A stretch of 64,000 bases of DNA, taken from the IMG/VR virus record IMGVR_UViG_3300028591_005034, positions 3,877-67,876 of that record, one strand, 5' to 3'. The notes under the pieces are model-generated. The model was not told the origin of the DNA. It searched no databases and saw nothing but the letters and a program-made list of their open reading frames with translations. Within the stretch, counting starts at the first letter, position 1, and each line of letters opens with the position of its first letter. Positions 58,289 through 64,000 of this stretch are shown here, piece by piece. The position numbers and the translations under genes were made by a program. The DNA is from a virus (lineage: Duplodnaviria; Caudoviricetes).

Positions 58289-58708
58289 ATGAAACTATCA
58301 AAAAACTTCACATATGAGGAAATGATTGCCTCAGCAACAGCAAAAAGGCTGAAGATTGACAACACCCCAAGTGTCAAAGAATTGGGTGAACTGAGGAAGT
58401 TGTGTCAGCAGATACTTCAACCGATTAGGGATAAGTACGGAAAGTGTATCACTGTAACTTCTGGTTATCGTTGTCAAAAACTTAACAAAGCGGTAGGGGG
58501 AAGTTCAACCAGTCAACACGCATTAGGTCAAGCAGTTGACATCACATTGGGCACACCAACACTAAATAAGAGATTGTTCAATCTTATACTTGAGATGATT
58601 AACAAGAAAGAAATCAAGGTCGGTCAGTTGATTGACGAGTACGGATATAGATGGATACATATTTCACTACCATATCATAAGGTGAACAACATCTTACATA
58701 TAAAGTAA
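58289..58708 (+). CDS. Peptidase M15 family endolysin-like protein
   Basis: LSKNFTYEEM, VTSGYRC..LN.AVGG...SQH..GQAVDI, WIHIS. Confidence 0.88.
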   Translation: MKLSKNFTYEEMIASATAKRLKIDNTPSVKELGELRKLCQQILQPIRDKYGKCITVTSGYRCQKLNKAVGGSSTSQHALGQAVDITLGTPTLNKRLFNLILEMINKKEIKVGQLIDEYGYRWIHISLPYHKVNNILHIK

Positions 58709-58730
58709 AAATACCACGCCCCCACACGCT

Positions 58731-58768
58731 AAAAGCACCCTGAAGGACTTCTCCCGCAAGGTGCTTTT
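58731..58768. terminator. Bidirectional terminator
   Basis: AAAAGCACC...GGTGCTTTT between convergent genes. Confidence 0.65.
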
Positions 58769-58787
58769 ATGTTTTTATTTGGTTTTG

Positions 58788-60614
58788 TTATTCTTCGAGA
58801 AACTTTTTCAAACGTTCCATATTGCCATCGTCTTTTTCAAGGAACGATGCAAGACTCTCAAAAAGGTTAAACTTATTTTTCTTATTGGTCTTTTCAGTCT
58901 TATTTATTTCCCTAACATTCTCTTCGGGTTTCGTATCATCAATTTTCTGAATTGTTTTTACTTTAAATTTGGCAAGTTCTGAATAGCCCGGTGACTGTGC
59001 AATTTCACGACCTGTTATTTTTGATATTGCATATTCTGCATTTGTTAATTCAGTCATAATTGCCGATGGCTCAACAAGACTTCCACTTGGTTTTATTTCA
59101 TTTTCATCCACAAACCCCAATTTTAACTTCGGGCGCGTATACGCGACATACATAAGATTGCGTTCTTGAATTTTTTCCCAATCGTGATGTGCAAGTTTTG
59201 AGGGCATTGACGAATGGCACAATATGTAGACGTTTTCTGCTTCAAGTCCTTTTGCCTTATGAATAGTTGAAAGACAAACCCCATCTGATTCATCTCTGAA
59301 AATATCTTGAATTTTTTTAATTAGTGTTTTCTTATTTGGACAATGTTCAGCTAGAATGGAGAGTGAATTTATTGAATCGTAGAAATTCATAATTGGCGCA
59401 GAAAGTGTTGCGTCTGTTAGGTCAAGACCACGCTTTATCATTAGTTTATCTCTTTCTTTGAATAGTTTATCGTATAGCCTTATAAACAATCCGTCATGGT
59501 CAAGGTTTGGATATAATTCGTTTGTGTCGATATCCTCAATTAGTTTAATCAGGTTAGTTCCTATGTCTTGTCCTTTAATATAACAGTTTACGCCACGTCT
59601 TAGCAAACGTGTGTATAGTTTAAGTAAAGGCGTTTTTGACCTCGATAAAACCATATCACCCTCTTTGATGTCTCTAACGTGTACATTACTAACAATTTCT
59701 CCCTCTGGTGCATTTTCCCGTGGAAGCATATCTTTCACAAGTGTATTTGCAAACTTTGTGATTGATTTTGCACACCTATAGGTTATCGGCAAACTGAATA
59801 CTGTTGTGTTTTGGTAATTGCAAAGGAAGTCAAATGCCTCAGGTGATGAACCTGCAAAGAAGTTGATGGCCTGATTGCTGTCACCAACGGCAATAAACCT
59901 TGTTCCGCGTTTAAAGCACTTCATAAACAGTTGTATTGAAATCAGAGAAGCATCTTGCGCCTCGTCGAAGAAAATCCAATCGTACTGCAAACCAAGTGGC
60001 TTTAATGATAATTCACATGGAAGCCAAATCATGTCGGTATAATCTATAATATTATGATTTTCCTTTCCCCATTCGAGACATTTTAGAGCAACTTCACATT
60101 CGTCAAATGAAACAGGTATATCATAATTCAACGCAACCATTTTAATCTCCTTGAGACTTTGGGCATTATTGAAACGTGCAAAATCAATAAGTGCCACAAT
60201 GCTTGATGTGTATTCCTCTACCTGTTTAGGTGTAATCTGAACATCCTCGTCTATTCCTGACAAGTCAGCAAGATTCTTTTTAAGATAAACCTTGTACTTA
60301 TACTCATCAATTTCAATGTCATTACCGAAGTTTCGTCTGAGAATTGCATAACCAAGACTATGAAGTGTTCTAACGTGACAATTCGGATAGTCCTCAAGTT
60401 TTTTAGTAAGTTCCTCAACGATACTTTTGTTAAATGCTATGAAAAGACATTTCTTTGACTTCGGAACAAGTTTCATGGCTGTAATGATAGAAGTTGTCTT
60501 TCCGCTACCTGCCGTTGCTTTAATCACACCGTTACCCGTACCCTTGCGAACAAAGTCAAAAATCTTTTCCTGATATTCAGACGGTGTAAAACCGTAATCT
60601 ATTTTCTTAGCCAT
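58788..60614 (-). CDS. SF1 UvrD/Rep-like helicase
   Basis: ATAGSGKTT, FFDEAQD, VGDSNQAI, TYRC, STIHKAKGLE, LMYVAYTR. Confidence 0.92.
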   Translation of the reverse strand: MAKKIDYGFTPSEYQEKIFDFVRKGTGNGVIKATAGSGKTTSIITAMKLVPKSKKCLFIAFNKSIVEELTKKLEDYPNCHVRTLHSLGYAILRRNFGNDIEIDEYKYKVYLKKNLADLSGIDEDVQITPKQVEEYTSSIVALIDFARFNNAQSLKEIKMVALNYDIPVSFDECEVALKCLEWGKENHNIIDYTDMIWLPCELSLKPLGLQYDWIFFDEAQDASLISIQLFMKCFKRGTRFIAVGDSNQAINFFAGSSPEAFDFLCNYQNTTVFSLPITYRCAKSITKFANTLVKDMLPRENAPEGEIVSNVHVRDIKEGDMVLSRSKTPLLKLYTRLLRRGVNCYIKGQDIGTNLIKLIEDIDTNELYPNLDHDGLFIRLYDKLFKERDKLMIKRGLDLTDATLSAPIMNFYDSINSLSILAEHCPNKKTLIKKIQDIFRDESDGVCLSTIHKAKGLEAENVYILCHSSMPSKLAHHDWEKIQERNLMYVAYTRPKLKLGFVDENEIKPSGSLVEPSAIMTELTNAEYAISKITGREIAQSPGYSELAKFKVKTIQKIDDTKPEENVREINKTEKTNKKNKFNLFESLASFLEKDDGNMERLKKFLEE

Positions 60615-61215
60615 TATATCTTCCTATACGATAATTAAACAATTCATCATTATAGTTTTGTGTATTACTGAAGCCACAACGAGAAATCTCAGGACAGAAA
60701 CCGCGATAAACACATTCCCTGACCATTCTTGATGCAAGTTCTGGTTCAATTTTGCCAACCTCTTCTTTAACCTTTTGCCAAACAAAACGTGTCTCTGGCG
60801 ATGCACAATTACAAAGTCTCTTTTTCGAAATGTTAATCATATCTTGCGCATTGAGCAAAATCCTGTGGTCAACTAATTCCTCTTGAGACAGTTCACTTCT
60901 ATCAATACCTGTTCTATCGCTTCTTTGTGTTGCAACAAAGTGGTCATCACCCTCACCTTCTCTCATTGTGTGCCCCGCAAATTTATCATGTCGTGCAATA
61001 TGCTGAGAAACCCATGTCGGAACATTATATAATGTAATGACAAAAATAAGTGACCTGATTGGACTGTGTTCTGCCGTAAGGATACCTGTTTTAAATTCGT
61101 GCGACGGTTCTTTTTCTAAGTCACCTTTATTGACGGTAAATCTTGCTGCATTCAGTACTTCATTCCAATCCGTCAGTTTTCTGACTTCCACTTTCACTTT
61201 GCTCTTGTCCATCAT
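60607..61215 (-). CDS. ThyX-like flavin-dependent thymidylate synthase (divergent)
   Basis: AEHSPIR, WVSQHIARH, QRSDR, NAQDMINISKKRLC, CVYRGFCPE. Confidence 0.65.
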   Translation of the reverse strand: MMDKSKVKVEVRKLTDWNEVLNAARFTVNKGDLEKEPSHEFKTGILTAEHSPIRSLIFVITLYNVPTWVSQHIARHDKFAGHTMREGEGDDHFVATQRSDRTGIDRSELSQEELVDHRILLNAQDMINISKKRLCNCASPETRFVWQKVKEEVGKIEPELASRMVRECVYRGFCPEISRCGFSNTQNYNDELFNYRIGRYNG

Positions 61216-61702
61216 CTGTTGTTTCCTCCATTTCTTTAAATTGATAATTTATTGACATACACTTTAACAAACGCATAATGTTCACCTTATCCTCAACACC
61301 TTCAAAAATAACATTACCATTCAGTGACAGTCTGATTTCTTTAGAGTTTGGGTTCATCTCAAGAAGGTAAGAAAGATTTGTAAACGCTTCCTCAGTCACT
61401 CTGTTATCTTCTTCAAAACTCTTTCTTTTTTCATCAAGTTCTTCGATTGATATATCAGGCAAACGCTGACATTCATACTTTTTGATGTATGTTGAAAACG
61501 CCTTACCATTCGATTCAGCGTTTCTGAACATCAGATAATCAGTTGGGTCAACATTGTGGTAAATATACTGTCTACCACCCTTAAAAACGAGTTTTACGGT
61601 CTTAAACGCTTGGTTTGTGTCAATGCATTCACTATAAATGACATTACTGCTGTCGTACCAAGTGTAGTCTCTTGAATTTACATACTTGTTAAAAACTATC
61701 AT
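61160..61702 (-). CDS. KTSC-domain protein
   Basis: SSNV....LVFKGGRQYIYHNV....F.NAESNGKAF..YIK. Confidence 0.7.
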   Translation of the reverse strand: MIVFNKYVNSRDYTWYDSSNVIYSECIDTNQAFKTVKLVFKGGRQYIYHNVDPTDYLMFRNAESNGKAFSTYIKKYECQRLPDISIEELDEKRKSFEEDNRVTEEAFTNLSYLLEMNPNSKEIRLSLNGNVIFEGVEDKVNIMRLLKCMSINYQFKEMEETTDDGQEQSESGSQKTDGLE

Positions 61703-61718
61703 AATCTAAAAATTTTCG

Positions 61719-61749
61719 CAAATATACTACAAATTTCGGAAAAAACAAA
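61719..61749 (-). promoter_or_regulatory. Bacteroidota-type promoter
   Basis: TTTG (61746-61749) - 19 nt - TATATTTG (61719-61726) on the minus strand. Confidence 0.7.
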
Positions 61750-61804
61750 GGCAAGAACGCCTTAAACGCTCATGCCTTCCATGAAATACGATATTTCCCA
61801 CCGC

Positions 61805-62047
61805 TTATTCGCCACTGTTCTCACCGTCAGGGCATTCAATTCCGCAAACGTGCTTGATTTGTGGTGTAGGTGCTTGTCCGTTAAAGAAGAAACTTGTAAC
61901 CTCATTACCTGTGAAAACTTCCTGTGCTGGTTTGTTGTAGGTAGCGTTTCTCTGTGTGGGGATTGATTTGTACTCGCATCCCTCAATCACGCCCCATTCA
62001 AATGGGTTTGTCTTGTTTATCGTAATTGTGTTTGTATTTTCTGCCAT
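61805..62047 (-). CDS. Small hypothetical protein
   Basis: 80-aa ORF within an operon. Confidence 0.55.
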   Translation of the reverse strand: MAENTNTITINKTNPFEWGVIEGCEYKSIPTQRNATYNKPAQEVFTGNEVTSFFFNGQAPTPQIKHVCGIECPDGENSGE

Positions 62048-62062
62048 AATATTATTTTAGTT

Positions 62063-62440
62063 TTATCCGTTTATTAAAGTCTCTATTTGTTGGTTAAGGT
62101 CACTGAACTGAGACAAGAAGTCTATCTCGTTGAACTTAGAGTCAATATGCTCGTTAATCCTATTTACCGCGTCATTGATATCGCACTTTGTGGCAAGACA
62201 GATGTTGCAGTCATCACAACCGCATCCACCGCAATGGCACTCGCTTTTGCTTGCAATGATTTCATCCTTTGCACTGTCAATGTGTGTATTAACCCCGTCA
62301 AATCCGTCATTGATTGATGGTATAAGGCTCATTACAGCATTTGTGACAGCCTCTTCAATATCAGCGGTGTCAATGGCGTTGCAGCAATCGTTCTTAATCA
62401 GTGGTACATCATTTGGATAGCCGTAAGTGTAGTATTCCAT
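62063..62440 (-). CDS. Hypothetical helical protein with a Cys cluster
   Basis: CHCGGCGCDDCNIC within a coiled-coil-like sequence. Confidence 0.6.
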   Translation of the reverse strand: MEYYTYGYPNDVPLIKNDCCNAIDTADIEEAVTNAVMSLIPSINDGFDGVNTHIDSAKDEIIASKSECHCGGCGCDDCNICLATKCDINDAVNRINEHIDSKFNEIDFLSQFSDLNQQIETLING

Positions 62441-62466
62441 AGTTTCCTTTCGTTTTATCCGTTATA

Positions 62467-62976
62467 TTACAAAGGCCACCTGTTAAGTAGTGCAACCGTG
62501 TTGTCCTCGATATCCTTAAGGCGTTTGGCAACAGTCTCATTGAGCATTGTTCCCATATGCGTATTAATGGTTGTAACGGTTGTTTTGATATCGTTTGCCG
62601 TTGTCTGCACATCACCGATTTTCTTTGAAATGGTGTTTCCGTTCCTTGCCTGTTGTGCGGTAATTCCCGCAATTGATGAAACGTATTCCTCAACACTGTC
62701 CCTTGCGCCTGATACCTCAGTGGTTACGTGCTCGATGATTGACTCTGATTTTTCATTAACGTTTTCGTTGATGTTGTCACGCGCCTCCATCAGTCTCTTT
62801 GTCAGGTTGTCATCCCTTTCCTTGATATCCTCATCCGTGATACCCATTGCCTCATCCACGTGCTGCTTTATGTTTTTACGCCAATTTCGTCTTTCTTCGG
62901 GATAGGTCTCAAAGTAGTCCTTATCGTTAAATCCGTATGAACTTAACATGTTCGCGTAATTGTTGCCTGTGTTCAT
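62467..62976 (-). CDS. Hypothetical coiled-coil protein
   Basis: 169-aa ORF; ATAAATA at 62998-63004. Confidence 0.6.
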   Translation of the reverse strand: MNTGNNYANMLSSYGFNDKDYFETYPEERRNWRKNIKQHVDEAMGITDEDIKERDDNLTKRLMEARDNINENVNEKSESIIEHVTTEVSGARDSVEEYVSSIAGITAQQARNGNTISKKIGDVQTTANDIKTTVTTINTHMGTMLNETVAKRLKDIEDNTVALLNRWPL

Positions 62977-63060
62977 AATTCGTTATATATTTTATATATA
63001 AATATCTATTTTCAGACCGTTTTATAATGCCACGCAATATTTATTTTAAAAAACTTCGTA

Positions 63061-63606
63061 ATGAGTTATTTAGACAATATAATAGCCGAAACCATACGCA
63101 GATACGTGAATGAGGCTTCAAAATACGACAACAGCACAACCCGAATCAACAGCAAGGCTCAGGTCAACAGACATCTTGGCCATCCAATGTTTGTTGATAA
63201 CGGTGGCCATGCGTCAAATGACCAGCTGTCTCAGCCATCAACCGTGGATTGGAACGGCATCAACTTTGATACTAAAGGAAATGACATAGTTGTTTCTGAC
63301 AACAAGTTCATGTTCTACAAGATAAAGACATTTGGAACCGACCAAATAAAATGCACAAAAGACCTGTTTAACGGGGACAAGGATTTCAGAAAAGCAATTG
63401 ATATTGTAAATGGTGCTGCAGCAAGGAATGCAAGAACCGTTTATTGGAGAACGATAACATCAGAATCATTCAAACAGGGTTCTGAAAGCAGTGGACATAT
63501 GCTCAACACATTTTGGGAATTCAGTTTTAACAAGGAGGATTGGTTTGTATTCAAACCAAATCCCGTTCAGGAAATAAAACCTTCATCATTAGTACTTAAA
63601 AAATAA
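63061..63606 (+). CDS. Hypothetical protein with IIAETIRRYVNEA leader
   Basis: 181-aa ORF; TATTTAT at 63038-63044. Confidence 0.65.
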   Translation: MSYLDNIIAETIRRYVNEASKYDNSTTRINSKAQVNRHLGHPMFVDNGGHASNDQLSQPSTVDWNGINFDTKGNDIVVSDNKFMFYKIKTFGTDQIKCTKDLFNGDKDFRKAIDIVNGAAARNARTVYWRTITSESFKQGSESSGHMLNTFWEFSFNKEDWFVFKPNPVQEIKPSSLVLKK

Positions 63607-64000
63607 TGAAACTTTTCATACCGATACCCGAACCGCAGAAAACGATAATCATAACTGAAAGTCAGGCAAGACTTCTAAAAGAAGCAACTGACGGGCAATT
63701 TTCAACAAAGGAATTGTCCGCTTTATCTGATTTCAATGACATGGTTGCATACTGCAGACAACATCTTGGGGAAGAAATAGGTACGGGTAGTTCAAGAATG
63801 ACATTTCAGATAGATGACGAAAAGGTGTTGAAACTCGCATACAACGAAATTGGCGTTGCACAAAATCTTGAAGAATCACAATGGTATAAACAAAAATATG
63901 ACTTTATACCAAAAATTTACGAAAACGACAAAGATGATAAATGGATATTGTGTGAATTCGTATTACCAGCAGAAGAAAAGGATTTTGAACATTGTTTAGG
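63606..64000 (+). CDS. Protein-kinase-like protein with leader motif; runs off the right edge
   Basis: Manual translation: MKLFIPIPEPQKTIIITESQARLLKEA...EIGTGSSRMTFQIDDEKVLKLAYNEIGVAQNLEE...IPKIYE...WILCEFV (Gly loop, VxK, helix-C Glu). Confidence 0.65.
   Translation, partial: MKLFIPIPEPQKTIIITESQARLLKEATDGQFSTKELSALSDFNDMVAYCRQHLGEEIGTGSSRMTFQIDDEKVLKLAYNEIGVAQNLEESQWYKQKYDFIPKIYENDKDDKWILCEFVLPAEEKDFEHCL

Noticed and set aside
1-64000. TAG stop-codon reassignment, as in Lak phages
   Set aside because: Long genes are intact under the standard code. The few TAG stops I saw (13585, 51930, 52055) fall at plausible gene ends, and read-through gives only short or terminator-crossing extensions.
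1-64000. CRISPR array, tRNA or rRNA genes
   Set aside because: No regularly spaced direct repeats or cloverleaf-like sequences were seen in the short intergenic regions; repeats present are coding or terminators.

Overview
AT-rich, gene-dense segment of a very large T4-like (myovirus-type) phage genome, read with the standard code. It holds the minus-strand head module (large terminase, portal, prohead protease, scaffold, major capsid protein; about 31.3-44.7 kb) and baseplate/spike and fibre-like genes. It also holds nucleotide and DNA metabolism genes (dUTPase, HAD nucleotidase, dNMP kinase, ThyX-like, UvrD-like helicase, EcoRI-family methyltransferase), two glycosyltransferases, ClpX and ClpC-like ATPases, a sigma-like factor and lysis-type genes. 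Several TTTG-N19-20-TAnnTTTG promoters and the lack of obvious Shine-Dalgarno sites point to a Bacteroidota host. Placement among Lak-like megaphages is my inference only. The most striking pattern is a probable virion-cargo system. About 15 otherwise unrelated proteins share a K-x-I-x-L-(T/S/N)-E...L-x-E leader resembling prohead-protease cleavage or capsid-targeting sites, and most sit behind one TATTTAT promoter-like motif. They include a three-part 1492-aa putative polyprotein, paralogues with a constant PcfJ-like domain plus variable WG-type repeats, a DNA methyltransferase, an ART-like/nucleotidyltransferase fusion and a kinase-like protein. Also notable: an A10 run whose -1 slip would fuse two head-module ORFs, a G10 tract in a lectin-fold gene, and a 41-bp dispersed repeat. 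All assignments come from motif recognition by eye; no searches were run.
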